Below are positions 20,301-31,973 of a DNA stretch of 64,000 nucleotides, piece after piece; within the stretch, counting starts at the first letter, position 1, and every line of letters starts with the position of its first letter. The position numbers were made by a program, and so were the translations under genes. Location: assembly GCF_056746865.1 (NCBI RefSeq), contig NZ_CM163382.1. One strand, written 5' to 3'. The notes under the pieces are model-generated. The model worked only from the letters and a program-made list of their open reading frames with translations. It was not told the origin of the DNA and did not search any database.

Positions 20301-22723
20301 AAGGTACTGTCTTTCAGTTGGGCAACACCGGCGAATTCAGTCCCTGCTGCATGGGTAAAGCCAAACATTTTGTCGGAGGATGACAGCTGCACTCGCATCA
20401 AGCCATCGCCTTTGAGCGCATTGGTCAGCGTGTAATCTCCCGCACTGTTCGTTGATGCGAGAATGTCGAGCGTACCGGGGCTTGCAATGGTTACTTCACT
20501 CGAACCCATGCCAGTTACCCCATCTGCCGTATGTGACGCAATGGTCAGGAGGCCGCCATTGACCAACGTTTTACCGCTATAAGTATTCCCTGCATTGAAC
20601 ACCGTATGGCCTGCATCATGCATCACTTTTCCGTCTTTATCGTCACCCGTAATCAGCATATCGACCTGGTAGCCGGCATCACTGTTATTGGTATGATTAA
20701 AGACAAAAACGCCTTCGCCAAGACCAAACTCCACTTTCGTCGCATTGGTGATAAATCCGGCATCTGCCGCCGCCTCACCGTGAGCAGCACCAATGTTTAG
20801 CGTTCCTACAGCAGGCGCAAAAACACCTAAGTAAACTTCTCCACCTTCGACATTCAGCGTACCGTTATTCGTCAGGGTTAACGTACCTGTGCCAGTCGTC
20901 CCTACGTTCATATTGAATGTTTCAAGAAGAGAGTTCTGCCCATCCACCCGCACGTCGCCCTTACTTTTGTCATTGAGAGCTATTTGTGTATCACGCGCTT
21001 TAACTATACCTCCGGTGGTAATATTCAGTTCACCCGCGCCTAATACACCGACCTGTAGTAATTGGGCGTTAGTAGATGATGTCTTTAAATTCCAGAGACT
21101 ATCCGTTGAAATATTAACTATCCCCTTACCGGAGGCATTTCCTCCGATAAATCCATAGCCCGTTGAATTAAGAGTGGCACCATTACTGACATTTACGATG
21201 CCGCTACCAAAATTACCGACATTGATACCTACAGTATCGAACGATGATGTCGCATCCATCAGGTTCAGTGTGCCGATACCGCTTGCTTTATCGCCCAAAA
21301 AAGTAATATTTTGCGATACGAACTTACCGCCATCGCTGATATTGAGGTTTCCGACACCCGCAACACCAATGGTGGTATAGACATTCTTATTGACCTCCCA
21401 CATCCCCCCCGTGGTGATGCTGACATTCCCGACGCCGGTTTCTCCATAACCGAGTGAGCTTCCTCCGTTGCTGACAACAAGCCCCTCATTACTGATATTC
21501 ATTTCGCCGTGGCCGTCATAACCAAGATTAGTTCCGAGATTAGTGATAACGGAGTTCTTATCCTTAATAGTAATGTTGCCTGTGCCTGTTTCTTTCATCC
21601 CCGCAGTGATAATTCCCGAATCTACTTTTCCTTCACTCGAGACATTAAGTTCACCGTCGCCAGCATCACCGATATAGATATAGCGGAAAGCTTCGCCCGT
21701 TCCGAGGAAATTCCAATGCCCTTTATCGGTCACGTTGACGACACCGTGGGACCCGTCCTGAACGCCCACAAATGAATATTCTTTGTTATTAATCAGTCCA
21801 TTATTGGAAATATTGACTTTGCCATTACCGAAATATCCATTATAGAGTCTGCGTACCGTGATAACAGAGTCTTGATCCTGCACATTCAGGGTTCCGATAC
21901 CGGTGGCATTGCCACCGATAATCGTATTTTCAGCCGTAATCAGCCCCCCCTCGCGAATAGTCGCTTCCCCCGTGCCTTGATTGCCAATTTGAAATTCAAT
22001 TGAGGAATCATTATTTTTTATTAGCCACTCGCCACCCTTTTCAACGACAACCTTACCATTGCTGTTCGCCTGATATCCTACAATGGCGACGATTGAACTC
22101 GTGACGTAACCCTTATCCGTAATATTTAATGAGCCTGTACCGTAACTCCCTATTTCGAATAATTCGGTCGTCAGAACCGAGTACTCTCCCTCAACATTGA
22201 CCGTCCCGACGCCTCCTGTCGAAGAACCTATCCTTAAATATCCTCCGTCAACGTGACCCTTCTGTTTAATATTCAGCGTCCCCGTACCGGATTGACCCAC
22301 ATTTAAAGGCCTTGCATTATTTCCGCTATCATACAATCGCCAGGTGCCACCCAAAACATTAACGGTACCCTCCGAGTCCTCATTAGCGCCAATGACGCTG
22401 GTAGTAATAGTGGTTAAGGAAGCATTACCGCCAGCCAAAATATTAAGCACTCCAGTGCCATACCACCCAACCAGGTAGGCATCGTAAGCAATATCAGTAT
22501 TAATATTGGTAATCTGACCATTATCAACTTCCAGACTCGCACCACACGCTGAACCGCTTAGTGCCAGCAAAACACCCAGCGTCAATCTACTGAATTTCGT
22601 TGTCAGTCCAGAGGATTTACGCAAATTAACCGTTGATGTTTTACCTACCCTGCGAGTTAATTCCGAGCAGGCCTGAAATACCTGTAGGGTGCAATTCCAT
22701 ATCACGCGATAGATTCTATTCAT
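17303..22723 (-). CDS. yneO: AIDA-I-type autotransporter adhesin, full length (K-12 counterpart is the yneO/ydeK pseudogene)
   Basis: 1806-aa ORF; extended signal peptide MNRIYRVIWNCTLQVF…; long Gly/Asn/Thr-rich repeat passenger; C-terminal beta-barrel-like region ending …GMLGVKYSW. Confidence 0.85.
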   Translation of the reverse strand: MNRIYRVIWNCTLQVFQACSELTRRVGKTSTVNLRKSSGLTTKFSRLTLGVLLALSGSACGASLEVDNGQITNINTDIAYDAYLVGWYGTGVLNILAGGNASLTTITTSVIGANEDSEGTVNVLGGTWRLYDSGNNARPLNVGQSGTGTLNIKQKGHVDGGYLRIGSSTGGVGTVNVEGEYSVLTTELFEIGSYGTGSLNITDKGYVTSSIVAIVGYQANSNGKVVVEKGGEWLIKNNDSSIEFQIGNQGTGEATIREGGLITAENTIIGGNATGIGTLNVQDQDSVITVRRLYNGYFGNGKVNISNNGLINNKEYSFVGVQDGSHGVVNVTDKGHWNFLGTGEAFRYIYIGDAGDGELNVSSEGKVDSGIITAGMKETGTGNITIKDKNSVITNLGTNLGYDGHGEMNISNEGLVVSNGGSSLGYGETGVGNVSITTGGMWEVNKNVYTTIGVAGVGNLNISDGGKFVSQNITFLGDKASGIGTLNLMDATSSFDTVGINVGNFGSGIVNVSNGATLNSTGYGFIGGNASGKGIVNISTDSLWNLKTSSTNAQLLQVGVLGAGELNITTGGIVKARDTQIALNDKSKGDVRVDGQNSLLETFNMNVGTTGTGTLTLTNNGTLNVEGGEVYLGVFAPAVGTLNIGAAHGEAAADAGFITNATKVEFGLGEGVFVFNHTNNSDAGYQVDMLITGDDKDGKVMHDAGHTVFNAGNTYSGKTLVNGGLLTIASHTADGVTGMGSSEVTIASPGTLDILASTNSAGDYTLTNALKGDGLMRVQLSSSDKMFGFTHAAGTEFAGVAQLKDSTFALERDNTAALTHAMLQSDSENTTSVKVGEQSIGGLAMNGGTLTFDTDIPAATLAEGYISVDTLVVGAGDYTWKGRNYQVNGTGDVLIDVPKPWNDPMANNPLTTLNLLEHDDSHVGVQLVKAQTVIGSGGSLTLRDLQGDEVEADKTLHIAQNGIVVAEGDYGFRLTTAPGDGLYVNYELKALNIHGGQKLTLAEHGGAYGATADMSAKIGGEGDLAINTVRQVSLSNGQNDYQGATYVQMGTLRTDADGALGNTRELNISNAAIVDLNGSAQTVETFTGLMGSTVLFKEGSLTVNKGGISQGELTGGGNLNVTGGTLAIEGLNARYNALTSISPNAEVSLDNTQGLGRGNIANDGLLTLKNVTGELRNSISGKGIVSATARTDVELDGDNSRFVGQFNIDTGSALSVNEQKNLGDASVINNGLLTISTERSWAMTHSISGSGDVTKLGTGILTLNKDSAAYQGTTDIVGGEIAFGSDSAINMASQHINIHNSGVMSGNVTTAGDVNVMPGGTLRVAKTTVGGNLENGGTVQMNSEGGKPGNVLTVNGNYTGNNGLMTFNATLGGDNSPTDKMNVKGDTQGNTRVRVDNIGGVGAQTVNGIELIEVGGNSAGNFALTTGTVEAGAYVYTLAKGKGNDEKNWYLTSKWDGVTPADTPDPINNPPVVDPEGPSVYRPEAGSYISNIAAANSLFSHRLHDRLGEPQYTDSLHSQGSASSMWMRHVGGHERSRAGDGQLNTQANRYVLQLGGDLAQWSSNAQDRWHLGVMAGYANQHSNTQSNRVGYKSDGRISGYSAGIYATWYQNDANKTGAYVDSWALYNWFDNSVSSDNRSADDYDSRGVTASVEGGYTFEAGTFSGSEGTLNTWYVQPQVQITWMGVKDSDHIRKDGTRIETEGDGNVQTRLGVKTYLNSHHQRDNGKQREFQPYIEANWINNSKVYAVKMNGQTVSRDGARNLGEVRTGVEAKVNNNLSLWGNVGVQLGDKGYSDTQGMLGVKYSW

Positions 22724-23244
22724 ATAAACGCTCCATATACAAACAATACAGCCACGAAAGAGATGAGTCGTCAGACATTAAAAATGAAACTTATTAAATT
22801 GTCAGAGGTCTGTATTGAGTGTTGGTTGGAGGTGGGAAGGTGTCAATTTGGCTAATTTGCTAATACTTTCGAAGCGATAGATTAAAAATTGCATAGTTCT
22901 TATTTTATTTAAAAATGAACCATGAGTTATTGTTGCTTAATAAGAAAAATGTTTCTTTCAATAAGAAAATTACCATCATCATATTTAACAAAGAATAGCA
23001 CTAATTGCTAAAAAAAGAAGTTTATTAAACCCCTTTTTCATCCATTAATGCCTTTAGGAATATTCGATATAAAATAAGGGTTATGCTTAATGCTTTAAGA
23101 AAAATAGCAATTTCCCCTTGAATATATTACGGGCGATGGAACGATGAATCTGCAAGCTGGCATTTAACAAACCAGCTCTAAAAGAAGGGAAATAAGAATA
23201 CTCAAAAAACAGCCACGGTCATCATGATGTGGCTGTCAATGAAA

Positions 23245-24837
23245 CTATAACCCAGGCGCTTTCCATAACGACGTCGTCAGTCCATGATCAACCAGCCCCA
23301 GCTGATCCTGATAAACTGCCTGCCACTTATCCCGTGAATCCTGATAAAGTTCATGCTTTTCCGGGTCTGGTGTGTGCGTCCGTTCCCAGCGAACCAGGCG
23401 TTCTCCGGTTTCTGCCATTGATGAAAAAATTCCGGCACCGACGCCAGCTGCAATGGCACATCCTAATGCGGTGGCTTCTTTGACCACCGGAATATTGACG
23501 GGTAATCCCGAGACATCAGCGAGAATTTGACTCCATAATTTCCCTTTTGAACCTCCGCCTGCAAAGACTAACGATGAAGGATGAATATTCGAGAAATCAG
23601 CGATTTGTTGCAAATTACACGCTGATACAATCGCCGCATTTTCTTCCAGCGCACGGAACAACGTCGCTTTGTTACATTTATCCGGATCAATAGACAAATT
23701 AATAAAGGAAGGCGCAGCGTGATACCAGGTTTTAAAGCGCATTCTGTCGGAGAATATCGGCATTACGCCCCACGACCCAGGCGGCACCCGACTTGCCATC
23801 TCTTCCAGCAGCGTATAGGTGTCGATGCCTAAACGTTCGGCAATCAGTTTTTCTTCGGCACAGAAAGCATCGCGGAACCAGCGCATGGTGAGTCCGGTAA
23901 AAAAGCTTATAGATTCAGCTTGTACCATGCCAGGAATAACATGAGGATTAACGCGCACGTTCATTTCTGGGTCTGTCACCGGCGCGGCTAAGTTTACAAC
24001 TTGCTGCCAGAATGTGCCGCCAAGAACAGCGGTTTGTGCCGGACGCACAACGCCTAACCCCAGGCAACCAAGTTGCACGTCGCCTCCTCCAACGACCACC
24101 GGAGTGCCCGCCTTCAGACCGCAGAGTTCCGCCGCTTGTGAACTTACCACGCCCAGCAATGTGCCGGTTTCTTTGACAGGAGAAAGAATATCGGCCCGCA
24201 GTCCGGCCATATCCAGCAATGCAGGTTTCCAGTCACGGGTGGTTAGGTCAAGAAGTCCCGTGGTGCCAGCGTTAGAGGGATCCACCGCCAGTTCGCCGCT
24301 GAGCATATAGGCCAGCCAGTCGCTGATCATGGTGATGGTCGACGCCTGTCGGTAGATATCAGAACGATGGTGCGCCAGCCAAAGTAATCTGGGAATAGCG
24401 CTTAAAGCCAGCGTTTGTCCGGTGGCGCGATAAACTTCGTTTTCAAAGGTATTGTTGTGCAGTTCTTTAAGTTCGCTAACTTCGCGCGCCGCTCTGGCAT
24501 CCACATTGGCGCAGGCCCAGATCGGTGTTCCTTCATTGTTATATAAAACAATGCCTTCGCGCATCGAACATGCCGAAACGGCAGCGATATACTCCGGGGC
24601 TATGCCGGCGTTGTGCAGCGCCTGGCGCATACACTCACACGCCAGTTGCCAGTTTTTGTTGAGATCAAACTCCATAGAACCAGGAACGTCCGGTACTGCC
24701 AGGTGCCGCCACTCCGCCTGTCCCACTGCTATTTGATTGCCTTCCAGGTCGAATATCACAGCCCGAATACTTCCGGTGCCTGCATCCAGCGCCATCAGGT
24801 AGTACTTTGATTCTGAAGGGGTAAAGAGTCGAGCCAT
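23245..24837 (-). CDS. lsrK: autoinducer-2 kinase
   Basis: 530-aa ORF, FGGY-family carbohydrate kinase pattern; downstream of lsrR. Confidence 0.9.
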   Translation of the reverse strand: MARLFTPSESKYYLMALDAGTGSIRAVIFDLEGNQIAVGQAEWRHLAVPDVPGSMEFDLNKNWQLACECMRQALHNAGIAPEYIAAVSACSMREGIVLYNNEGTPIWACANVDARAAREVSELKELHNNTFENEVYRATGQTLALSAIPRLLWLAHHRSDIYRQASTITMISDWLAYMLSGELAVDPSNAGTTGLLDLTTRDWKPALLDMAGLRADILSPVKETGTLLGVVSSQAAELCGLKAGTPVVVGGGDVQLGCLGLGVVRPAQTAVLGGTFWQQVVNLAAPVTDPEMNVRVNPHVIPGMVQAESISFFTGLTMRWFRDAFCAEEKLIAERLGIDTYTLLEEMASRVPPGSWGVMPIFSDRMRFKTWYHAAPSFINLSIDPDKCNKATLFRALEENAAIVSACNLQQIADFSNIHPSSLVFAGGGSKGKLWSQILADVSGLPVNIPVVKEATALGCAIAAGVGAGIFSSMAETGERLVRWERTHTPDPEKHELYQDSRDKWQAVYQDQLGLVDHGLTTSLWKAPGL

Positions 24838-24915
24838 TAGATTATCCTCGGCTTATGCGTTCTGTCTGTTCCTCTGTACGTTCTCCATCATTCCCGGTAA
24901 TAAGGTCATGCAAAT

Positions 24916-25869
24916 TTAACTACGTAAAATCGCCGCTGCAGTATCCTGATCGGTAACCAGTGCGTTGATATAACCGCCTTTCATTGCAGCGGCAATGGCT
25001 TCGGCTTTATTTTCTCCCCCTGCCACGCCAACCCGGACGGGAATAGTCTTCAGCGCGCTTAAAGGTAAGCCAATCAGTTCGTTATGTATTTTGATATCCG
25101 TGACAACGTCACCTTTTGCATCAAAAAAGTAGCCTAAAATGTCGCCAACAGCCCCTTTTCGACCAATCATTAACTGTTCGCCCTGGCTGATATAGCCGGA
25201 GCGAATGATTGTTGCGTCGTCTTGTTGACTCACAGCCCCAATGCCGACAATCGCCACATCCGCTGCTTGCGCGGCTAGCAGAACATCTTTGACGCAATTT
25301 TCATTTTTTAGCGTACGGGCAATGTCAGCGGAGGATGCCCGCAACGGAGCCGGAATAATATTCACACTGCACGCCGCGTTAAGCTGCCCGATACCCGTCA
25401 TATAAGAACCGACGCCACCGGAGAGCGTGACCAGGCGAATTTGCTGTGACGAAATAAAACCACTTAAGCGTTGCAGCGTATTCATGGTTGCCTCGCCAAA
25501 ACCAATCGCCAGCATCTGTTGTGGTTGAAGTAAACTCATCAACATATGCGCCGCGCCTATCCCTAGTCGCCCGCCGACATCAGCATCCGCAAGCCCTGGG
25601 ATCACCCGGACATGTTGCAGCGAAAACTGACGACGTAATTGTGTTTCATATTCCAGACAGCCTTCAAAGCGAGAATTAATCTGTACGCGAATAATGCCGG
25701 ATTGATGCCCTTTCTCCAGTAATCGCGACACTTTCAAACGGGTCAGGCCGAGACGATCGCTGATCTCACTCTGGGTCAGCCCGTCGTGGTAGTAAAACCA
25801 CGCAATCCGCGCGACCTGTTCTTCTTCACACATTCCCTGTTCTGAAATTACCGAATCGTTGATTGTCAT
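24916..25869 (-). CDS. lsrR: lsr operon repressor (SorC/DeoR-type)
   Basis: 317-aa ORF with N-terminal HTH and sugar-binding domain; divergent from lsrA. Confidence 0.9.
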   Translation of the reverse strand: MTINDSVISEQGMCEEEQVARIAWFYYHDGLTQSEISDRLGLTRLKVSRLLEKGHQSGIIRVQINSRFEGCLEYETQLRRQFSLQHVRVIPGLADADVGGRLGIGAAHMLMSLLQPQQMLAIGFGEATMNTLQRLSGFISSQQIRLVTLSGGVGSYMTGIGQLNAACSVNIIPAPLRASSADIARTLKNENCVKDVLLAAQAADVAIVGIGAVSQQDDATIIRSGYISQGEQLMIGRKGAVGDILGYFFDAKGDVVTDIKIHNELIGLPLSALKTIPVRVGVAGGENKAEAIAAAMKGGYINALVTDQDTAAAILRS

Positions 25870-25937
25870 AATTCATTCTTCACTTTGAACATACTTAAAT
25901 CTTTAATGCAATTGTTCAGTTCTTGCGCATTTATATC

Positions 25938-25953
25938 TGTGATGGCAACCACA
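25938..25953. promoter_or_regulatory. CRP-like site TGTGA-N6-CCACA in lsrR-lsrA intergenic region
   Basis: Read from sequence; close to CRP consensus TGTGA-N6-TCACA; lsr operon is known to be CRP-dependent. Confidence 0.4.
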
Positions 25954-26053
25954 GTTTGACTCTACGAGCATGAACAAACGCAACCGTGAAAATCAAAATA
26001 GCATAAATTGTGATCTATTCGTCGGAAATATGTGCAATGTCCACCTAAGGTTA

Positions 26054-26086
26054 TGAACAAATTAAAAGCAGAAATACATTTGTTCA
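26054..26086. promoter_or_regulatory. 9-bp inverted repeat TGAACAAAT-N15-ATTTGTTCA, candidate LsrR operator
   Basis: Perfect dyad about 30 bp upstream of lsrA ATG; a third TGAACAAA copy at 25971-25978. Confidence 0.4.
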
Positions 26087-26117
26087 AAACTCACCTGCAA
26101 AACTGAACGGGGGAAAT

Positions 26118-27653
26118 ATGCAAACGAGTGATACCCGCGCGTTACCGCTACTTTGCGCCCGCTCGGTTTATAAACAGTATTCAGGGGTTAATGTCCTGAA
26201 AGGCATCGATTTTACGTTGCATCAGGGGGAGGTCCACGCCCTGCTCGGCGGCAATGGTGCCGGTAAATCGACGTTAATGAAGATTATTGCCGGTATTACC
26301 CCTGCTGATAGCGGTACGCTGGAGATTGGGGGCAACAACTACACCAGATTAACGCCAGTTCATGCTCATCAGCTGGGTATTTATCTCGTTCCCCAGGAAC
26401 CGCTGCTTTTCCCAAGCCTGTCGATAAAAGAAAACATCTTGTTTGGGCTGGCAAAAAAACAGCTCTCCATGCAGAAAATGAAGAACTTGCTGGCGGCGCT
26501 GGGCTGCCAGTTTGATCTGCATAGTCTGGCAGGCTCACTGGATGTTGCCGATCGCCAAATGGTGGAAATCCTCCGCGGGCTGATGCGCGACTCGCGGATT
26601 CTGATCCTCGATGAACCTACCGCCTCGCTTACCCCCGCCGAAACCGAACGTTTGTTTCGTCGCTTGCAAGAGCTGCTTGCTACTGGCGTGGGTATTGTTT
26701 TTATCTCGCATAAGCTGCCGGAAATTCGCCAGATTGCCGATCGAATTAGCGTGATGCGCGACGGAACCATCGCCTTAAGCGGCAAAACCAGCGAACTGTC
26801 TACCGACGACATTATTCAGGCCATCACGCCAGCGCTACGGGAAAAATCGCTCTCTGCCAGCCAAAAATTATGGCTGGAATTACCTGGCAACCGCCCACAA
26901 CATGCCGCCGGAACGCAGGTGCTGACACTGGAAAATCTGACCGGCGAAGGTTTCAGGAATGTCAGCCTGACGCTCAATGCCGGAGAAATTCTGGGCCTGG
27001 CTGGGCTGGTGGGAGCCGGACGCACAGAACTGGCCGAGACGCTCTATGGTCTGCGTACTTTGCGTGGCGGACGCATTATGCTGAATGGTAAAGAGATCAA
27101 TAGATTATCCATCGGAGAACGTTTACTGCGCGGTCTGGTTTATCTGCCGGAAGATCGCCAGTCATCCGGACTGAATCTCGATGCTTCACTGGCGTGGAAC
27201 GTCTGCGCCCTCACTCATAACCTTCGTGGATTCTGGGCGAAAACCGCGAAAGATAATGCCACGCTGGAACGTTATCGTCGGGCGCTGAATATTAAATTTA
27301 ACCAACCAGAACAAGCTGCACGGACCTTATCCGGCGGCAACCAGCAAAAAATCCTGATTGCCAAATGCCTGGAAGCTTCGCCGCAAGTATTGATTGTCGA
27401 TGAGCCGACGCGCGGCGTGGATGTCTCGGCGCGTAATGATATCTACCAACTGTTGCGCAGCATCGCCGCACAGAATGTGGCTGTGCTGCTTATCTCCTCT
27501 GATCTCGAAGAGATCGAACTGATGGCAGATCGCGTGTATGTGATGCATCAGGGCGAAATTGCCCACTCTGCACTGACCGGGCGCGATATTAATGTCGAGA
27601 CCATTATGCGCGTTGCCTTCGGCGATAGTCAGCGTCAGGAGGCGTCATGCTGA
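26118..27653 (+). CDS. lsrA: AI-2 ABC transporter ATP-binding protein
   Basis: 511-aa ORF with duplicated ABC ATPase domains (Walker [10 protein letters not shown]). Confidence 0.9.
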   Translation: MQTSDTRALPLLCARSVYKQYSGVNVLKGIDFTLHQGEVHALLGGNGAGKSTLMKIIAGITPADSGTLEIGGNNYTRLTPVHAHQLGIYLVPQEPLLFPSLSIKENILFGLAKKQLSMQKMKNLLAALGCQFDLHSLAGSLDVADRQMVEILRGLMRDSRILILDEPTASLTPAETERLFRRLQELLATGVGIVFISHKLPEIRQIADRISVMRDGTIALSGKTSELSTDDIIQAITPALREKSLSASQKLWLELPGNRPQHAAGTQVLTLENLTGEGFRNVSLTLNAGEILGLAGLVGAGRTELAETLYGLRTLRGGRIMLNGKEINRLSIGERLLRGLVYLPEDRQSSGLNLDASLAWNVCALTHNLRGFWAKTAKDNATLERYRRALNIKFNQPEQAARTLSGGNQQKILIAKCLEASPQVLIVDEPTRGVDVSARNDIYQLLRSIAAQNVAVLLISSDLEEIELMADRVYVMHQGEIAHSALTGRDINVETIMRVAFGDSQRQEASC

Positions 27654-28675
27654 AATTTATTCAGAACAACCGTGAAATCACGGCACTGCTGGCGGTGGTG
27701 CTGCTGTTTGTATTACCCGGTTTTCTCGACCGTCAGTATTTAAGTGTGCAAACGCTGACCATGGTTTATAGCAGCGCGCAAATCCTGATCCTGCTGGCAA
27801 TGGGCGCGACGTTGGTGATGCTCACGCGCAATATCGATGTTTCGGTAGGTTCGATTACCGGAATGTGCGCAGTGCTGTTGGGAATGTTACTGAACGCGGG
27901 GTATTCACTACCTGTTGCTTGTGTCGCGACTTTACTGCTTGGTTTGCTCGCGGGATTTTTCAACGGTGTCCTGGTCGCGTGGCTAAAGATCCCTGCCATT
28001 GTCGCCACCCTCGGTACATTAGGATTGTACAGGGGCATCATGTTGCTGTGGACTGGCGGTAAATGGATTGAGGGGTTACCCGCCGAACTGAAACAACTCT
28101 CCGCCCCGCTACTGTTTGGCGTTTCAGCAATTGGTTGGTTGACGATAATTCTGGTGGCATTTATGGCCTGGCTGCTGGCGAAGACGGCGTTTGGACGCAG
28201 TTTTTATGCCACGGGCGATAATTTGCAGGGCGCTCGTCAACTGGGCGTTCGTACGGAAGCCATTCGCATTGTGGCATTTTCGTTGAACGGCTGCATGGCG
28301 GCACTGGCGGGGATTGTGTTTGCTTCGCAGATTGGTTTTATCCCCAACCAGACCGGTACCGGGCTGGAGATGAAAGCAATTGCAGCCTGCGTGCTGGGCG
28401 GCATTAGTTTGCTCGGCGGTTCCGGCGCGATCATCGGTGCGGTACTCGGCGCATGGTTCCTGACGCAGATCGATAGTGTACTGGTGCTGTTGCGCATTCC
28501 GGCATGGTGGAATGATTTTATCGCGGGCCTGGTTCTGCTGGCGGTGCTGGTGTTTGATGGACGCCTGCGTTGTGCGCTGGAACGTAATCTGCGGCGGCAA
28601 AAATATGCCCGCTTTATGATGCCACCGCCATCCGTTAAACCCGCTTCGTCAGGTAAAAAACGGGAGGCCGCGTAA
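27647..28675 (+). CDS. lsrC: AI-2 ABC transporter permease
   Basis: 342-aa hydrophobic ORF overlapping lsrA stop. Confidence 0.9.
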   Translation: MLKFIQNNREITALLAVVLLFVLPGFLDRQYLSVQTLTMVYSSAQILILLAMGATLVMLTRNIDVSVGSITGMCAVLLGMLLNAGYSLPVACVATLLLGLLAGFFNGVLVAWLKIPAIVATLGTLGLYRGIMLLWTGGKWIEGLPAELKQLSAPLLFGVSAIGWLTIILVAFMAWLLAKTAFGRSFYATGDNLQGARQLGVRTEAIRIVAFSLNGCMAALAGIVFASQIGFIPNQTGTGLEMKAIAACVLGGISLLGGSGAIIGAVLGAWFLTQIDSVLVLLRIPAWWNDFIAGLVLLAVLVFDGRLRCALERNLRRQKYARFMMPPPSVKPASSGKKREAA

Positions 28676-29667
28676 TGCGTATTCGCTACGGTTGGGAACT
28701 GGCTCTTGCCGCACTGCTCGTTATTGAGATTGTTGCATTTGGTGCAATTAACCCGCGGATGTTAGATCTCAATATGTTGCTGTTCAGCACCAGTGACTTT
28801 ATCTGCATTGGCATTGTCGCCCTACCGCTGACGATGGTGATTGTCAGTGGTGGGATCGATATTTCGTTTGGTTCGACCATCGGCCTCTGCGCCATTGCAT
28901 TGGGCGTATTGTTTCAAAGTGGTGTGCCGATGCCGCTGGCGATTCTCCTGACCTTACTGCTCGGCGCATTGTGCGGGCTGATCAACGCCGGATTAATTAT
29001 CTATACCAAAGTTAACCCGCTGGTGATTACGCTTGGCACGCTGTATCTGTTTGCCGGAAGCGCCCTGCTGCTTTCCGGGATGGCCGGAGCGACGGGGTAC
29101 GAAGGTATTGGTGGATTCCCGATGGCGTTTACAGATTTCGCTAACCTGGATGTACTGGGACTCCCCGTTCCGCTGATTATCTTCCTGATATGTCTCCTCG
29201 TTTTCTGGCTCTGGCTGCATAAAACCCATGCCGGACGTAACGTGTTTTTAATTGGGCAAAGCCCGCGTGTGGCGGTTTATAGCGCGATTCCAGTTAACCG
29301 CACCTTGTGTGCGCTCTATGCCATGACGGGGCTGGCGTCTGCGGTCGCCGCTGTGCTGCTGGTATCGTATTTTGGTTCAGCACGTTCCGATCTCGGTGCG
29401 TCGTTTCTGATGCCCGCCATCACCGCCGTAGTGCTCGGCGGTGCCAATATTTATGGTGGTTCTGGTTCCATTATCGGCACCGCCATTGCGGTTTTATTAG
29501 TGGGATATTTGCAACAAGGTTTGCAAATGGCAGGAGTGCCAAATCAGGTGTCCAGCGCCCTTTCCGGTGCGCTACTTATCGTCGTTGTCGTAGGTCGTTC
29601 CGTTAGCCTGCATCGCCAGCAAATTAAAGAGTGGCTGGCGCGTCGGGCCAATAACCCATTGCCATAA
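28675..29667 (+). CDS. lsrD: AI-2 ABC transporter permease
   Basis: 330-aa hydrophobic ORF overlapping lsrC stop. Confidence 0.9.
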   Translation: MRIRYGWELALAALLVIEIVAFGAINPRMLDLNMLLFSTSDFICIGIVALPLTMVIVSGGIDISFGSTIGLCAIALGVLFQSGVPMPLAILLTLLLGALCGLINAGLIIYTKVNPLVITLGTLYLFAGSALLLSGMAGATGYEGIGGFPMAFTDFANLDVLGLPVPLIIFLICLLVFWLWLHKTHAGRNVFLIGQSPRVAVYSAIPVNRTLCALYAMTGLASAVAAVLLVSYFGSARSDLGASFLMPAITAVVLGGANIYGGSGSIIGTAIAVLLVGYLQQGLQMAGVPNQVSSALSGALLIVVVVGRSVSLHRQQIKEWLARRANNPLP

Positions 29668-29678
29668 AGGATATCTTC

Positions 29679-30701
29679 ATGACACTTCATCGCTTTAAGA
29701 AAATCGCCTTACTTAGCGCGCTTGGCATTGCCGCAATCTCTATGAATGTGCAGGCCGCAGAGCGTATTGCATTTATTCCCAAACTGGTTGGCGTGGGATT
29801 TTTTACCAGCGGTGGCAACGGCGCACAACAAGCGGGTAAAGAGCTGGGCGTTGATGTGACCTACGACGGGCCGACAGAACCCAGTGTTTCTGGTCAGGTA
29901 CAGTTGATTAATAACTTCGTCAATCAGGGCTATAACGCCATTATCGTTTCTGCGGTTTCGCCTGATGGCTTGTGTCCTGCACTGAAACGCGCCATGCAAC
30001 GTGGTGTGAGAGTGCTGACCTGGGACTCTGATACCAAACCGGAGTGCCGCTCTTACTACATTAATCAGGGAACGCCCGCCCAGTTGGGAGGTATGTTGGT
30101 GGATATGGCGGCGCGTCAGGTGAATAAAGACAAAGCCAAAATCGCGTTTTTCTACTCAAGCCCCACCGTTACGGACCAAAACCAGTGGGTGAAAGAGGCG
30201 AAAGCGAAAATCGCCAAAGAGCATCCAGGCTGGGAAATTGTCACTACGCAGTTTGGCTATAACGATGCCACTAAATCGTTACAAACCGCAGAAGGAATAT
30301 TAAAAGCCTATAGCGATCTCGACGCCATTATCGCCCCCGACGCCAACGCCCTGCCCGCTGCCGCACAAGCCGCAGAAAACCTGAAAAATGGCAAAGTTGC
30401 GATTGTCGGATTCAGTACGCCAAACGTGATGCGTCCGTATGTGGAACGCGGCACGGTGAAAGAATTTGGCCTGTGGGATGTGGTTCAGCAAGGCAAAATT
30501 TCAGTTTATGTCGCGGATGCATTATTGAAAAAAGGATCAATGAAAACGGGCGACAAGCTGGATATCCAGGGCGTAGGTCAGGTGGAAGTCTCGCCAAACA
30601 GCGTTCAGGGCTATGACTACGAAGCGGATGGTAATGGCATCGTACTGTTACCGGAGCGCGTGATATTCAACAAAGAGAATATCGGCAAATACGATTTCTG
30701 A
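29679..30701 (+). CDS. lsrB: AI-2 periplasmic binding protein
   Basis: 340-aa ORF with signal peptide and periplasmic sugar-binding-protein pattern. Confidence 0.9.
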   Translation: MTLHRFKKIALLSALGIAAISMNVQAAERIAFIPKLVGVGFFTSGGNGAQQAGKELGVDVTYDGPTEPSVSGQVQLINNFVNQGYNAIIVSAVSPDGLCPALKRAMQRGVRVLTWDSDTKPECRSYYINQGTPAQLGGMLVDMAARQVNKDKAKIAFFYSSPTVTDQNQWVKEAKAKIAKEHPGWEIVTTQFGYNDATKSLQTAEGILKAYSDLDAIIAPDANALPAAAQAAENLKNGKVAIVGFSTPNVMRPYVERGTVKEFGLWDVVQQGKISVYVADALLKKGSMKTGDKLDIQGVGQVEVSPNSVQGYDYEADGNGIVLLPERVIFNKENIGKYDF

Positions 30702-30727
30702 TGTGCATTACTTAACCGGAGTACGTT

Positions 30728-31603
30728 ATGGCAGATTTAGACGATATTAAAGATGGTAAAGATTTTCGTACCGATCAACCGCAACAAAATATCCCTTTTA
30801 CCCTGAAAGGTTGCGGTGCGCTGGATTGGGGAATGCAGTCACGCTTATCACGGATATTTAATCCGAAAACGGGTAAAACCGTGATGCTGGCCTTTGACCA
30901 TGGTTATTTTCAGGGGCCGACTACCGGACTTGAACGCATTGATATAAATATCGCCCCGCTGTTTGAACATGCCGATGTATTAATGTGTACGCGCGGCATT
31001 TTGCGCAGCGTAGTCCCCCCGGCGACCAATAAGCCGGTGGTACTACGGGCGTCAGGTGCAAACTCTATTCTGGCGGAATTAAGTAATGAAGCCGTGGCGT
31101 TATCGATGGATGATGCCGTGCGCCTGAACAGTTGCGCGGTGGCGGCGCAGGTTTATATCGGCAGCGAATATGAACATCAGTCGATCAAAAATATTATTCA
31201 ACTGGTCGATGCCGGAATGAAAGCGGGAATGCCCACCATGGCCGTGACAGGCGTGGGCAAAGATATGGTGCGCGATCAGCGTTATTTCTCTCTCGCGACT
31301 CGAATCGCCGCTGAAATGGGGGCGCAGATTATCAAAACTTATTATGTCGAAAAAGGTTTTGAACGGATTGTTGCCGGATGTCCGGTACCCATTGTTATTG
31401 CTGGCGGTAAAAAACTACCGGAGCGCGAGGCGCTTGAAATGTGCTGGCAGGCTATCGATCAGGGCGCTTCTGGTGTGGATATGGGGCGTAATATTTTCCA
31501 GTCTGACCATCCGGTGGCGATGATGAAAGCCGTACAGGCGGTGGTTCACCATAACGAAACGGCTGATCGGGCATATGAACTCTATCTGAGTGAAAAACAG
31601 TAA
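30728..31603 (+). CDS. lsrF: class I aldolase-family enzyme acting on phospho-AI-2 derivative
   Basis: 291-aa ORF; position in lsr operon. Confidence 0.85.
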   Translation: MADLDDIKDGKDFRTDQPQQNIPFTLKGCGALDWGMQSRLSRIFNPKTGKTVMLAFDHGYFQGPTTGLERIDINIAPLFEHADVLMCTRGILRSVVPPATNKPVVLRASGANSILAELSNEAVALSMDDAVRLNSCAVAAQVYIGSEYEHQSIKNIIQLVDAGMKAGMPTMAVTGVGKDMVRDQRYFSLATRIAAEMGAQIIKTYYVEKGFERIVAGCPVPIVIAGGKKLPEREALEMCWQAIDQGASGVDMGRNIFQSDHPVAMMKAVQAVVHHNETADRAYELYLSEKQ

Positions 31604-31626
31604 CTGCGGATTTAAGGAGAAGAATT

Positions 31627-31917
31627 ATGCACGTCACACTGGTTGAAATTAACGTTCATGAAGACAAGGTTGACGAGTTTATCGAAGTTTTTCGCCAGAA
31701 CCACCTGGGCTCTGTACAGGAAGAAGGCAATTTGCGCTTCGATGTCTTACAGGACCCGGAAGTGAATTCGCGCTTTTATATCTACGAAGCCTATAAAGAT
31801 GAAGACGCAGTGGCATTCCATAAAACCACGCCCCACTACAAAACCTGTGTCGCGAAACTGGAATCTTTAATGACCGGGCCGCGTAAAAAACGTCTGTTCA
31901 ATGGGTTGATGCCGTGA
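31627..31917 (+). CDS. lsrG: phospho-AI-2 isomerase (ABM-fold)
   Basis: 96-aa ORF at operon end. Confidence 0.85.
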   Translation: MHVTLVEINVHEDKVDEFIEVFRQNHLGSVQEEGNLRFDVLQDPEVNSRFYIYEAYKDEDAVAFHKTTPHYKTCVAKLESLMTGPRKKRLFNGLMP

Positions 31918-31973
31918 GGCGAATTTATCAATTTTATCTACAATTGGGGTAACGCGCTGACGGGAGTAAAAAA

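Noticed and set aside
26009-26024. Second CRP-like half-site TGTGA-tctatt-CGTCG in the lsr intergenic region
   Set aside because: Only one half matches consensus
26381-28600. Minus-strand ORFs of 143 and 158 codons inside lsrA and lsrC
   Set aside because: Antisense to well-supported transporter genes; Arg/Pro-rich low-complexity translations typical of shadow frames
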